Positions 33,884 through 47,599 of a stretch of 64,000 bases of DNA are shown one piece after another. A program made the position numbers and the translations under genes. Each line of letters begins with the position of its first letter. Positions within the stretch are counted from its first letter, which is position 1. Source of the stretch: Daphnia carinata. Taxonomy: Eukaryota. Under the pieces are notes generated by a model. The model did no database searches. It worked only from the letters and a program-made list of their open reading frames with translations, and had not been told where the DNA came from. The stretch lies in assembly GCF_022539665.2 (NCBI RefSeq), contig NC_081333.1:5828001-5892000 (forward strand). The letters run 5' to 3'.

Positions 33884-34684
33884 GTTCTCGGTCTAGGGTT
33901 TGTGCTTTGAAGTCACCTTATAGATCCAGGTCGAGCCACTTGAACGACAATTAGATAATTGTTCGAAGTCGCTAACTGGCGACTGATGGACAATTGTGAT
34001 TGTCGTACAAGTGGCGAGACCTGGATCTATAGTAATTTCCCACCCACCATCCCAACCAGCTCTCTAATGATTTTCTCTCTCTCTCTTTTCATTTTATAGT
34101 TTCCGGAGAGGAATTGGTGCTAGTGGCAGAAACCAGCCCTCGTCCACTTAGGCATCAGACTGGACAACCAATTTAGACCGAATTCCTGCAAGTTGATTAC
34201 ATGGATTGTGTTTGTTCCTCCTTATTTGAAAGCCTAATAGGTCTGAAGGGGCGTTAGTCCTAATGGCCTGAGGTGAAACAACCATTTCGAAAAAAGTTTC
34301 TACTTTTTCGTTTTTGCGGGTCATATCAGAACTCGACCTAACTGAGAAAACGGAAAAAATACAACTTCTTTTGATATTTTAGTTTTTTTCATTTTTCCAC
34401 TTTAAATCCTACGGATTTCGATGGATCTCGTAAAGAGCTATCCATTTCTATAAGACTTATTAAGTTTGGACTTGTAATAAAGCAGCAATGAATTTTTAGA
34501 AATTTGCTGAAATAGTGAGGGGAAGGGGAAACTCGTCAATACAACGAAACTTTGCCGGGGTCGTTTGGGCATTAATCATTACAATTTCGATTCGACGTAA
34601 AGATTTTTAGAATTCCCATGATTCTGTGCTTCTCACAATGCATTGCGTTCTATTATATTCGACGTAATTATCATATAAAATCCC

Positions 34685-34925
34685 AAAAATTATCGTCCAA
34701 TCAGCTACTAGCAAGTGGCGGCCTTTTTTTTCTTGCGGGGAATTTAAATGTATGAAGATATATCTTATTTTACCGCAAAAACAATACAGCATTACTTATG
34801 TTAAATTAAAAAACTGCACCTAAGATACATCGAGAAATCGATTATATTTTTATCATATTCAATCTCTTCAGATACGAGTTTAATGGCAAATTGTTCTTAG
34901 TCAGACCAGCTGTCGGACGTTTCGG
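34685..34925 (-). mobile_element. Inverted diverged copy of the KDZ element 3' end
   Basis: The reverse complement aligns by eye with 29461-29698 (GAAACGTCCGACA.CTGGTCTGA ... AAGTAATGCTGTATTGTTTTTG ... AGTAGCTGATTGG). Confidence 0.8.
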
Positions 34926-35619
34926 ACTGATGGAATGACTCCATAGCTCCCTGTTGCCAGTTGAGAGTTCCCATTTTTTGCGTTTTCCCAATCCTCACGT
35001 TCAAAAAATGTTCTTCTTTTTATTGCTCCTCGGTTTACGATATTTTTGGAATACAAGGAAGCAGTATCCAATGAACTTATTATTATGGTTGTTTTCGGGA
35101 AACGATGTTTAACAGCTGCAAAATTTTAGGCAACCTATTTTACTTAAATAGAGAATGTTGTCTTTCTACATTTCCGAAGCAGCTCTTAATATAGAAGAGT
35201 AGGTATTTCAATTTCCTTCATCAATCAAGCAGCTCTTAATATAGAAAAGTAGGTATTTCTATTTCCTAATTCAATCATGGCGTTGTGTGATTGTATGTCG
35301 CCAAAATGCCACGTTTATCTATAGAAGAATTGTTTTTATGTTGAGTTCTTTTGTGCTTCTCTTAAACCGAAACATCGTTTTTAAAAAACATGTGAATAAA
35401 TAACCTGTATACCTAATGTTGTAAATCGATACTTAAAATATTGATATAGATGCGCATTTTCAAGGCTAGGACAACTGCAACGTATTTATCCTCCTGTGTT
35501 TATACTGTTGTGGTTTTGACAGCACTAAAATTTTAATTTTTTTTAATGTTTCCTAGTTTTGAGATAAGATGCTGACCAATCTACTGTTGCTTACCACGAT
35601 CAATAAACAAAAATCTTGT

Positions 35620-36357
35620 ACATTCTATGGAAAAGATGAAAAACATATTTGTTGAACAGCAGACTATTAACGTCTTAGAAAAGAAATTCTGGGCTGACCA
35701 GTGACGTTGCATTTCCTCCATGTACCTGTAAACTAACGAAGGTAAGTATAACTAAAATCTGCGTTCTGTATTTTCATCTGTAACGTCAAATATTGTTAAG
35801 TAGTTCTGGACAGGCAAACAGCAAAAGATTTGTTGAACCGCAGGCCATTAACGTCTTGGAAAAGAAAGTTTCTGGACTGATCAGTGATGTTGGATTTCCT
35901 CCATATATTTGTTAACTGAAAAAAGTAAGTATAACTAAAATCTGTATTCTGCATTTTCATCTTTAACATTAAATGTTGTTTTGTAGTTCTATACAGGCAA
36001 CCAGCAGCAAATTTGTTGAACAGAAAACTATTAAAGTATTGGAAAAGAAGTTTTCTGGGCTGACAGTGGTGTTGCATTTCCTCCATATACTTGTTAATTA
36101 AAGAAGGTAAATAGTTGAATTCTGCATTCTGTAGTTTCATATGTAATGTTAAATGCTGTTATGTAGTTCTGGACAGGCAAGTAGCAACAAATTTGTTGAA
36201 CAGTAGACTATTAAAGTATTGGAAAAGAAGTTTTCTTGGTTGACCAGTGACGTTGCATTTCCTCTATATGATTGTGAGCTAAAAGTAAAGAAGGGAAGTG
36301 TAACTAAAATCTGTATTCCGTATTTTCATCTGTAACGTTAAATGTTGCTATGTAGTT
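35620..36357 (+). repeat. Four ~182-bp tandem units with exon+intron architecture
   Basis: Units start near 35620, 35804, 35987 and 36166. Each shares ATTTGTTGAAC...GAAAAGAA...ATTTCCTC, followed by GTAAGT-like...GTAG. Confidence 0.85.
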
Positions 36358-37399
36358 ATAAGGAACGACCAGTCGGCACCGTTTTCCCCACATCGACCTT
36401 GATTCCCACTAAGGACTTTAACCTCCGAGAACCAGCCATACCCTTTTCACACATTAGTGTTAAATTTACATAGCAAAATTCCCTACCTTTCCTGGAGTGT
36501 TAAACAATTCGACCTCCCACTGAAAAACCTGTTACTCTGAAAACCTGTAGAATCAGTTAGTCTTGTGAGTCGGAGTGAACCAGTACTCTCTATTCAGTGC
36601 GTACTCAATAAAAACTTTTTTACTCTTACACTTGTGTTGTGTTCTTCCGCCGCCAGTCACTGCTTCTGCCATGAGCCCACTGTAAGTAGAATACTCCTAT
36701 CTATCTTTATTTTGTATAGCTTTTTCTCCACAATTGGTGGCCAAGCTTTACATAGTTCTCGACAGGCAAGCAGGCCCATCATTTTCTTTGTCTCGATGAA
36801 CAAGCTTCAGTCACTTTGAAAGAAGAATTGTGAACCAACCTACTTTTAATACTGGCAAGAAATTTGTGTACAAACTTCAACATCAAGCTCGAGACAAAAC
36901 CTACTAATAGAAAAAAAATCAGGCGGAAAAACTCTTTTAAACGAATGTGGCGTATAACATTAGATAAACGACTTTCATCCGCCCGTCACCACCTTCTCCG
37001 CAGTCTTCTGCTTACACTGGAACAGCGAAGTCTACGAGGACTAATAGCAACATAATTTGTCCTACTTTTTGCACAATAGCCTCGTTGCTTGATTACGTTT
37101 ATTACGTTACTATTTAGTTACCAGTGAAAATACCAATACATAAAAGAATACTAGATGACTTAATCCACCAAAAGAAATCGCACAAACATTCAGGATATGA
37201 TCACGTTTATTTGATAAATTTTGAACGTAATGAATAAAAGAAGTTCATCCTCAAACCAAACGAAACTTCTTTTTGGCAGAAACCCAGAAAGAAAAAGATA
37301 TTTCGCTTGAAAACTAACTTACGTACAACGTTACGTTACCACAAACTACGTGCAAATTAAGACCTTGGCTGTATTTAAATTTGATCAGTGATTTTTAGA

Positions 37400-38620
37400 A
37401 TTCCGACCGTTTCCCATAAGACAACCCTGACTCCGATTCACTACTGATCTCGGTCCAAATTCGCGTCTTCTTCCGACAAGAGACAATTAACTGATCGTAA
37501 ATACTTATGGATTGAGTGCTATTATCTATAATGCAAATTTATTTATAATATGTATATTGTTCAAGTTTCAACGTTAGTAAAATGCTATGTCACGCTTTCC
37601 ATGTGGAAGGTTTAATAGATTGTCCTGGAAAATCTCATTTGATCGTCCTCAAAATCATTTCATTCGCGAACCTTAACACCTTCTTCGTCAGCTATCGACG
37701 TGTCGTTTAACTTACAAACTATTCAGAGTAAATGAATAAACTCTCTTAACATATGTAAGTTACACAATGAATTGCATGTAAATTGTTTCTATCTTCATCT
37801 ATGTTATCGATTTCCCTCTCCGTTCCTTTACAAAATTCGTTCGGCCACTTTACCACCTCATCAATAGTTGCTTCAATCTTTTCTGCAGCTATTTTTTTCT
37901 TTTTTGGATGGTCACTTCGGCGCGATTTGATTCTTCAATACCTAAATTAGACATATTTTTATCAGCTTAATTTGCAGAATTCATTAATACTAATAACTAG
38001 AAAGTTTCTGTGCCTAATACGTACCGTTTGCGCTTATTGTGTTCCTTTTTTTCGTTTTGCTGGGTTGTTTCAGATGTCGACAAATCGAATTCAGACCCAG
38101 AATGATCAAGGAGAGGCCTATCACATGTCACTAAAAATAGAAAGTTTAGATATGAATATTTGAAATATCTGTTTGGTGGATTTTACTTCACTTACCTTCA
38201 CTTGCATTAGTAGAACTTCTTCTAAAGTAAAGTGCAAAATCAACTGTTTCCTGGGACGCAAGAACTTGTTCACCTTTAATTCCAAAGGCCACTCCGTTGA
38301 CACCATGTGGACCCTTAGGATTTTCCACATAAGTAAAAATGATGCTACTCACGCCCTTTTGGGAGGATAAAAAACAGCCTTAAAAACATTGAGAAAACAT
38401 AAGTATATTGCGAAGTGTGGTATGAATAATAAAACTTACGGTTTGAAATAGAGTTTTCGTAGAGTAGCTTTTGAATTGCCTACACTTACACACTTTTGCA
38501 CGTTAAATAGCAGGAAATTCCTAAAACCAAACAACTTCTATAACCAATTTAATTATTATGGTTAATTTTATAACTGTAAATGCTGAAAAATTCCTTTGTT
38601 TTGCATTCTTTTAGCCATGT
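37400..38620 (-). pseudogene. Degenerate multi-exon gene of unknown function
   Basis: Minus-strand GTAAGT donors (~38439, ~38195, ~37507) and AG acceptors flank partly open exons such as CFLSSQKGVSSIIFTYVENPKGPHGVNGVAFGIKGEQV. Stops are present. Confidence 0.4.
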
Positions 38621-39104
38621 TACATTAATTTTCATCATCGGTAGAGAAACCAGACGAGAAAAAAAATGGCTCCTAGGGTAAACACCTAAATTAAACCCAA
38701 CCCTAAGAGAGTCACGTGCTCAAATTTTAGCCAATCACCGGTTTGGCATGCAAGTCCAAAATGAAATGAGAGAATGAAACGAACTATGGACGACTACAAA
38801 AAGTTTTTCTTCTCTCTTCCTCAACTTATCTCATTTTACGTTACCCTATTATATAGGCATAGCAAAATAGAAGGAAAGAAAAATATTTCCTTTCACATAG
38901 AATTCAAAATTTTGCTGTTACAAATGTTCTTTTTGGAAATTCTTTCAGAAAAAAAAGTAGAAAGCGTATATTTTGACTAAACGTTTAAAAATATTACAAA
39001 TTTTCCAATAGTGATAGGAAATTGTCTAGACTAACCCCCATGAGAAGAATGTTTTTGTGAATGTTTTATTTTAGACTAACCCCCATGTCAAGACGTCTTA
39101 AAAA

Positions 39105-39240
39105 CGTCTTGACGAGTTTGTAAGACTTGTGATCGCTCGGGAGGTCGTTTATCTTGAATCGTTCGTGGTTGAACTTTCATCGCGTCTACTTCCGTTCGAA
39201 GTTCTTCGATTTTGGCGTTTAACTCCACCTTAACTGCTAA
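39105..39240 (-). mobile_element. BEL gag fragment paralogous to 24318-24447
   Basis: AVKVELNAKIEELRTEVDAMKVQPRTIQDKRPPERS versus AVKVDLSAKIEDLRTEVDEMKVQPRTIQDQRLPERS. Confidence 0.9.
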
Positions 39241-39244
39241 TTTG

Positions 39245-42200
39245 GCCCTCATCGGCTTCGGGAGGTAGTGGGCTCTCGGCTCCGGCCATGACTGTCGGTT
39301 CCGGTTCCTCTGGCACGGGCGGGGTAACGATTCTCGGTGGGCTCGGCACTTGCGACCCATCCAGCCAGCCCCGCGGAGATATCACTGTGGTATCTGGTAT
39401 TTCGGAGATGGGTTCCTCTTGTTCTTCCCAACTATCATCGAGTTGGTGGAACGGTTTCACCCGGCTGACATGGACTATGTCTGTCTTCCGCCCGTTGGGT
39501 AGCCGGACCTCGCAGTTCACCGGGGTGGTCTGCCTCACAACGCGGTATAAGTCCCAACCAGGGATGGAAAGCTTTTCGGCGTGGCCAATCTTGCGTATCG
39601 GATTATAGACTAAGACGAGGGTATCCGGTTGGAAACTAGCATCGCGGCGTTTGACATCGAATGCCGCCTTCTGTTTCCGATGCACTTCGTCGAGCCGCAT
39701 TTGCACGGTGGCGTGTGCGTGCACTAAGCGCTCGCGGAGCTGCGTCACATATTCAACTGGGGAGTCAGCGTCACTCTCCTTAGTAATAATGCCACGAACC
39801 CCAGGTTGAGGTCCGTCGGGAGCAGCGGCTCCCTCCCGTACACGAGGAAGAACAGACTGAAACCCGTCGACTCCTGTCTGCTCGTGTTGTAGGCGAAGCA
39901 AACATACGGCAAGACCTCGTCCCAATCACGGTGGTCGCTGCTAACATACATGGACAGCATGTCCGCTAGGACATGATTCATCCTCTCCACCTGTCCGTTG
40001 GCGCTCGGGTGAAACACGGATGTCGTCTTGCGGTTCGTGCTTAGCAGACGAGTGACCTCTTGAAACAATTCGGCAATGAAGCAACGACCATGGTCCGGGA
40101 CAATGGTTTCTGGGAACCCGTGTCGCAAATAGATTTCCAAATAGGTCCACGAAGAAGCCCGCTACATCAGGGGCGGTACCGGTAGGCATTGCCCGAGTCT
40201 CCACCCACTTTGTGAAGTAATCCACCGCCACGATGATTTGTCGATTGCCCGCCTTGGATAATGGAAGGGGCCCTAGTAGGTCGATACCGACCCGTTGGAA
40301 AGGTCGAGTCGACCTCATGGACTGGAGAAATCCAGCAGGCTTATCAGCTATCCTTTTCCGGGATTGGCAGCTTGTGCACGATCGTACGTAGGCCCACACA
40401 TGTTCTGCCATCTTCGGCCAATAGAAACGTCGTTTGATCCAGGCAAGCGTGCGGTTGACTCCCAAGTGACCCGACACCGTGCTATCATGGTATTCGGTTA
40501 GAATTTGGCGTCTCATCGAGGGGGGGACACACAAGCGAAGCTGTGGTCTCCCGTCTAGCCATACTCGACGGTACAGTACGCGATTGTCCAGGCAATAGGC
40601 CTTGGGTGCCTTCAGCCCCTTTTCCTACGCTTCGATGTGTTTGGCAAACGAATGGAAAGACTCTTGTTCTTGCCGACAATGCAGATCCGGTACGGGATCA
40701 ACGTCGAGCTTTGCCAGCATCAGGCATCGGTCGTCCTCTTCTTCCTGATGGGGTCTATCGACCGGGAATCTTGACAGGCAGTCTGCATCTTGGTGGAATC
40801 GCCCGCTCCGATAAACAACCTCTAAATCGAATTCTTGGAGGGACAAGCTCCAACGCGCAAGCCGACCGGCTAGGTCGCGCTTACTCATCAGCCAGCAAAG
40901 GGCTTGATGGTCGGTCAACACACGAACTTTCGTGCCCCAAATAAGGGTACGGAACTTTATCAGTGCCCATACCAGAGCAAGGCATTCCTTCTCAGTTATT
41001 GAATAATTCTGTTCGCTGCGGCTGAGTAGGCGGCTAGCATAACCCAGCGGCCTTTCGATACCGTCCTCTCGTTGGATGAGGGCGCACCCGATGCCATAAC
41101 CACATGCGTCTGGATGTAGTTCCATCGGTAAATCGAAATTTGGCTGCGCTAACGTGGCTGGCTCTTGCAGGGCTTTCTTGAGAGCCTCAAAACTTTCACG
41201 CTGCTCTGGTCCCCAGGTGAAAACGTTGGTACTTTTGGTGAGCTCACTGAGCGGGGTACGCTAGTTTGGCAAACCGTGGGACATGTCGCCTATAATAAGA
41301 GCAGAGTCCTAGAAAAGATTGTACTGCTTTAATTTTTTGGGATACCGTCTGGGTCTCGTCCGGAGTTGGAAATTGCTGTACCGTCAATATTTTTCGGGGT
41401 CGGGTGCGATACCAGTTGCGCTCACCACATGGCCCAGTACCTTTAACTGGTACTCTACAATCGACATTTACTCAGTTTAATCTTGAGACCAGCCGCTCCA
41501 AGATGCTCCAACACCTGGCTAAGTCTCTTGCCATGCTCTTCAAAGGTTTGGGCGTATACCACGACATCATCGAGATACACCAAGCAGGAGTGCCATTTGA
41601 GCTGAGCCAAGGTAAAGTCCATGGCCCTCTGGAATGTGGCGGGTGCGGAAGTTAGGCCGAAAGGCATGACCTTAAACTGCCACAACCCATCTGCGGTGAC
41701 GAATGCACTCTTCGGGCGATCCTCTGGCTTAAGCTCGATCTGGTGATAGCCGGACTGGAGATCCATGTTGGAAAAGAACTGGGAACCGGTCAGACGGCTG
41801 AAAGCGTCATCAATCCGAGGTAGAGGGTACACTTCTTTCACAGTGACGTGGTTCAACCTACGGTAGTCAACGCAGAAGCGCCAGCCTCCGCATTTCTTCT
41901 TGACAAGAACTACGGGTGAAGACCAGGGGCTGTCGGAAGGCTCTATAATTCCCTGAGCCAACATCTCATCTACTTGCCGTTGAATTATTTCCCGCTCTTT
42001 CCAGGCACTCTTGTAGGGCGGTTGGTGAAGCGGAACCTGTGTCTCCACGGGAATGGCGTGTTGCACGGCCTTGTAGCGCCCCAGCTCCAGTGAAGTATTG
42101 GCGAAACAATGTCGATGTTCCTGCAGGATTGTTATCAGCTTCTCACGTTCATTTGACCCTAGCTCTGGGTTTATGCGGTCGGCGAAGTTAAGAACGTCGT

Positions 42201-43983
42201 CCTTGGCTTCTCCCGCGTGGGCTCCCGGCTCCTCCGGTGGCACGACTTTTGGGTCGAGTTGCGCAAGATTATCTGGTTAACCGCCATCCCCCTGGTGCTC
42301 AACAGCTTTTCCGCCGGTTTCAACAGCCATTGCTCGTAGGGCCCTCGCTCTGCCGTTACTTCCACCTCCGTAGTCGAGCGAGCCGGGACGCAGGATTCTT
42401 CCTTCACCCGTACCACTCGCTGCCCGGGGGGCTCGCTCTCCAGCGTGATTGCCCTCAGTGGAAGCTCACCTAGGCTGATGAGGGGTTCCTGGTCCTGCCG
42501 ATATTGAACCTTCAGACTATCGAATTGTTGGAGGAAGTCGTTCCCAAGCAGGAGCTCCATCCCTTTCATTTCCAAGACAACGGCGGCCCCCCTCGCCGTC
42601 AGCGCTCCATCGCTCACCTCCAGGTAGGTTGCGCCCAAATTCGCCGCTTCCATGCCGTTAGCGAGCAGAACTCGTGGTCCGTGCCATGGAACCACCACGC
42701 AGAGAAGTCTGGCCGCCAAGCGTGGGGAAACGACGGTGACGGCAGCCCCGGTGTCAATCACTGCGTCGACCGGCTCGCCGTGGCACATCATTCGCTTAGT
42801 GACCATCGTTCCTGCGACAGGGATACACCGCACCTGAACGTCTGACGTAGATCCGCTGCCTCCCAAGGTTTCCTCCATGTACGTGGTCAGGGCCCGAACC
42901 GGGGCAAACCTGAGCGGGCTCTCTGGCGGTCGACTGGTTCGGCCTCGGATCTGCCTGATCCCGACCTTGCCTACTGGAGCAGTTCCTAGCGATGTGTCCC
43001 GGTTGCTCACACTGGTAACAGATGGTACGCACGTCCGGCGTCCGGCCGCTCGGGCGATTTTGCGTGGCGGGTTTCCTCCCACGGAACTGCTGTTGCATGG
43101 TGAGCTTAGCCAACTGTTCGTGAAGATCGCGGATGGCTTGCAGGAGCTCACGGTTTGTATCTCCGGCAGGAGGCAAGGCGGCAACTGGCACGCTACGATC
43201 CACCGCCGGCAACGGGGAAGCCGCCCGATCGCTACGATAGGTGCGTACCTTGGCTTCCTCCTGCCGGCGCAGGCATTCCAAAAACTCCGCGCTGGTCCTA
43301 GGATTGAAAGGACAAATTCTTTCTACTATAATTGGTTTCAAACCGCGATACAGGTGTTCGACTTTTGCCGCTTCGGTCATATCAGGATCCACCGTCCGGC
43401 ATAACTTCAGGATGTCGTAAAAGTAATCGATGGGCGATTCATCGAACTGCTGGATACGCCTCCGCAACCTGTTCTCCTGAAAGATGGCCTGGCTGCCATT
43501 CAAGAACGCCCTCAAGAAAAGGGTCCTTAACCCCGGAATGGCCTGTCCGGGATTCCCAGCCCGTGGTGCCTCGTCACGCCAGGTTGTAGGCCTGGCAAGT
43601 ACATCTCCAAGTTGATCCTTAAGCCGTCATCCGTTCAGCGGTTGATGTTTCCCGCGGCCTCATATCATGAAAGCCAGTCACTCATATCATCACCTTCCTT
43701 GCCCGTGAAGATGGGTGGGGCCCTGAATTGCAGCTGCGGTCTTACCACCGCCATCTCGTGAGCGCGTGGGAGCAGCTCCTCTGGAATGTTGGGCGCCGGC
43801 TGTCCCGACGAAGGAAGAGCGCCGTCAGTCGAACTCTCAAGGTCACCGTCTCCGTCCCCTGGTCCGTCGTCCCGTCCCGGCGAACCTAAATCCGACACCT
43901 CCAATGCACTATTCGCGTCACGCACTTCCCCCACGACGTGCGAAACCTCAGCACCGAACCCGCTGTCTTGTAAGCGACCGCCG
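39245..43983 (-). mobile_element. GC-rich Ty3/Gypsy internal region, frameshifted, no LTRs
   Basis: Gag (CYQCEQPGHIARNC), protease VIDTGA, RT (FCVDYRRLN, VYLDDV), RNase H (DACGYG, TDHQAL), integrase (GHLG, GIDLLGP, NGQVER) and a C-terminal VHVSRVKPF. Confidence 0.95.
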
Positions 43984-46206
43984 AAAGTGTATCATGTTTC
44001 ACAACTGGTGAGAATGTCGACCCCGGCTCGACCCCGGGTCATTGTGAGAACCCCTTGGCAACTAATCGTGTTTTGTCACATGGAGGGGAATTTACCGTAC
44101 CCGGTTTCACTTTAAACACCCAGCGTGATTTGATTGTTTTCCGATTTCGTGGACGTGGAGAGAGATACCATGTCTTGTTGAGTATCAGTGAGTCATACTC
44201 ATCCAGGATAGCCACCTTCCACTCGTGTGTATCAGCACATTCCATCGCAACAGCATAAATTGTCGGCTCGTAGATTACTTTATATTGGATGACAATTGAC
44301 TGCAGAGATTTCCATTGACGTTTTGGTTCACGCACTCGTAAAGGATATGGTGAGCAACGTGTAGATGAGGATGCATCTATGTAGATGTTGGTCTCAGGAT
44401 GAAGTGTTTCCGTGTTTGAAGAGGAAGAGTCGAAATCGGCTTAAGGTCGGACTGGAGTGTGTTTTTGAGCAACCGATGGATTATCTGAGAGTTCCGGAGT
44501 AGTAGATGATGATTCTGATTGGTTTTCTGAAGGAAACCTTGGAAAAAGCTCATCAAAACTGTTAGTATCTGTTTGGGGAAAGAAATGAGAATAAGTGTTA
44601 CAGCTTTCATTAAAAATAACATCCCGACTTATTTTTATTTTTCTACCGACTGGTTTCCAAAATCGATATGTCTTTTGGATGAGTGAGTAGCCAACAAACA
44701 AGCACTAGAAGCTTTTTGATTCTAATTTGCGTCTTTCTGCTTTTGGAATGTGTATAAATGCAGGCGATCCGAAGATCCGTAGATGAGAGATGTTAGGTTT
44801 TTCCCCATGCCAAGCTTGGTAAGGTGTTGTTGAGGATGTACTGTTGCTGACACGATTGAGGACATAAACAGCACAAGCGATGGCTTCTCCCCATAGTTCC
44901 ATTGGTAAGTGTTTGGCGTGAATTAACGAGCGCCAACCTTCCATGATCGTCCGGTAAGCTCTTTCCGAGACACCATTTTGCTCCGGCGAATAGGGTGCAG
45001 AGGATTCCATCCTGATGGCTTTGTCCGATAGCCAAGTTTCGAAGGAGTGGCTCATTAATTCGCCACCGTTATCCACTCTCAGCGTCTGTACGAAGTGTCC
45101 TGTTTCACTGCGAAGAACGCTCACGAAGCTCTTTAAAGATTCAGCCACCTCGTAGTTTTGTTTTAAGAAGTAGACCGCTCACCATCCGCTGTAGTCATCG
45201 GTGAAGAGTACGAAGAATTTTGCTCCCCCGGCGTAGATAAGCGCATTGGGCCACATACGTCCGAATGGACCAGCTGTCCAACTTCATTTGCTGTGTTCCG
45301 TCCAATTGGAAATGGAGAACGTTGCATTTTTCCTGAAATGCATCCAATGCACGGTTGAGTTGGAAGGTTAGTGTTTTTCGGGAGATGAAGACCGTCGACT
45401 AGTTGTTTTGTTGCCATATTTAAAATAGTCTTGTAGCTTACATGCGCCAACCTTTGCTGCCATACAGCGATTGAGTTGTCAAACATGCTGAATCCTTCAA
45501 GGGCTTGTCATCTGACAGCTTTGGAACTATTGAGAGATGATAGAGACTCTTTCCAATTCGTTCACCTATCATAATGACTGCCAAATTTTTCGCAAATGTC
45601 ACCTTGGTTTCAATAAAGTGCACTGACAAGCCAACATCAGTTACTGCAGCGATGGAAATAAGATTGGTACCTAGGCATGGTACATAAAAAACTATGGCAA
45701 TGCCAATTATTAGTTGTGTGCCACCTGTTGTTACGACGAACTCAATATTTCCATATATATATATATATTTCCACGTATGAATAAACGGGAAGATCCAATC
45801 CCATTGACAGTCCATGTGTCAGACGAGATTGGAGTGAAACTGCAAAAAAATGCAGCGTTGATCAGTCATATGTTGTGTGCATCCCGAATCTGCAAACCAA
45901 TCTTCAACGCTTCTTTCGGCGAAGCACGAAGAAGATAAATACGCCTCATCTTCGTGATGTTGCTCGTTGTGCTTTGCTATTCCTTCTTCTTGGTTTGTAA
46001 CAGCAGGAGTAGCAGTAGTTATTCTTGTTTCTTGTAGACTTTCGTTCATCTCTAATTCCTTTCCGACCCACTTCAATTGTGTGTTCCGCGATGTTGCAGC
46101 GATGATAAGTGTAAAATCTATAGGGTTGTTTTCTGCTATTGGAATGGTTGCTATGACTGCCACGCCTTTCACGTTCACGGTTATCTACTATCTTTATAAA
46201 AGCCAA
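43984..46206 (-). mobile_element. Second Ty1/Copia relic (gag end to start of RT), no introns seen
   Basis: WFADSGCTQHM, WTVNGIG, VHSDVCGPM, LRVDNGGE, EQNGVSER, KSRWVFKVK, RLVAKGFSQ, TFSPVVKHDTL. Confidence 0.93.
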
Positions 46207-46299
46207 AGGTCTATTTGTGGGAGTTAGAGTTTGTTTGTGTATCTGTCTCTTTGTTTGGCCGAAAAACCTAACAGCGTGCGCTCGCCGTCATTGGTTCGC

Positions 46300-46635
46300 G
46301 AGCAGTCACGTGACTTTTTGCTACCCGCAAAAAAGTTCCACTACCTGGAAAAAGGTTTAAACTGCCTTTTGCAAGGCTTAACATTTTCCTTTCATTTCGC
46401 CATCCGTTTTGTCATTCGTCGTAGTGACATCACGTGCTTTTTTCCTACCTGGAAAAAGGTTCGTTTACCTGAAAAAAGGTATAAACTGCCTTTGGCAAGG
46501 CTTAACATTTTCTTTTCCTTTCGGTATCCCTTTTGCCATTCGTCATGCGGACATCACGTGATTTTTTGCTACCTGGAAAAAGGTTCGACTACCTGAAAAA
46601 AGGTTTGACTACCTGAGAAAAGGTTCGACCTGCCG
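46300..46635. repeat. Cluster of CTACCTG(G/A)AAAAAGGTT subrepeats, probably a DNA transposon end
   Basis: The motif occurs about six times, inside ~125-bp larger repeats containing CACGTG. Confidence 0.6.
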
Positions 46636-47599
46636 CCGGCTAAGCTTAACCATTTCCCTTTTCCCGTTTTCCCTTTAAATAGTCATTACAAACCATATAT
46701 TCCGAATTTAAGCAACCCGTTTCTACTATCATTGATACATTGACGTCAGATGAAATACAGCCACCATGAATTTAAAAAAAACGTCTTGCTATCACATTTT
46801 AATTGCGGTAAGCGACTTGTTTAACCATATTTCTTTGAAAAACTTTAAATTTCTGATTTGTAACGTCATTTTTTTTAACAGGTGATAATTCATTGTACAG
46901 TAGTTTGGCTTGCTGTCTTTCAACTCGCCCAAAAAATAGCCACTGTATGTGTCGCAGTGAAAACATTTATTGTTCGCTTCCTGCATATTTAAACAGGTAA
47001 CATCCCACATTGAAATTTGCACTACTAATTTGAATCTATTCAGGTTGCTAACATTCAATTGCAGATATTAGCGGTCAATAGGTTCCATCACCCTCAAACC
47101 AACTGTGTTCTACTTTTTCAATACCCTCCATGTAAAACAGCTTTTCATTATACTTCAGTTTTGTTTTGAAATGTATCGATGCTTTGATTGACTAATTGAC
47201 TGTTGTTTGCATTTACAGAAAGGCAGTGACTTCATCTGAAGATCACAAGTTTGTTCTCGCTTACACCTGATAAACTAAAAGCAATGTAAACCTCAGAACT
47301 GCACAGCACTCAATAAGTAGTAAGTAATCAACAGGTTCCACCACCCTCAGCCAACAGTGTACATCTTTGTCAGCCCGTTTCAATGAACAGGTTCTGCACT
47401 CCACTTCAATTCTTTTTCAAAATGTGTTGTTGTTTAGGTATACAAATAGATTGTTGTTTAAGTGCACAAAAAGACAATGTGGCTTTGTATGAATCTTACA
47501 AATTTTCTAACATTAACAGGTAAGTATTCCTTGAGTTGCATTCTACAGATTTTTCAGGCACAATTCGTTTGCAACTCTCAACCAACAAACTGGCCCTTT

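Larger units (their letters stand above)
29699..34277 (+). mobile_element. DIRS-type tyrosine-recombinase retrotransposon, decayed
   Basis: Contains gag, RT, RNase H, a methyltransferase-like domain and a tyrosine recombinase. Inverted repeats at 29801-29837/34239-34277, with an internal complementary region at 33914-34031. Confidence 0.92.

Noticed and set aside
36358..36630. Solo LTR ending AATAAA...TTACA
   Set aside because: No clear TG start, TSD or second copy.
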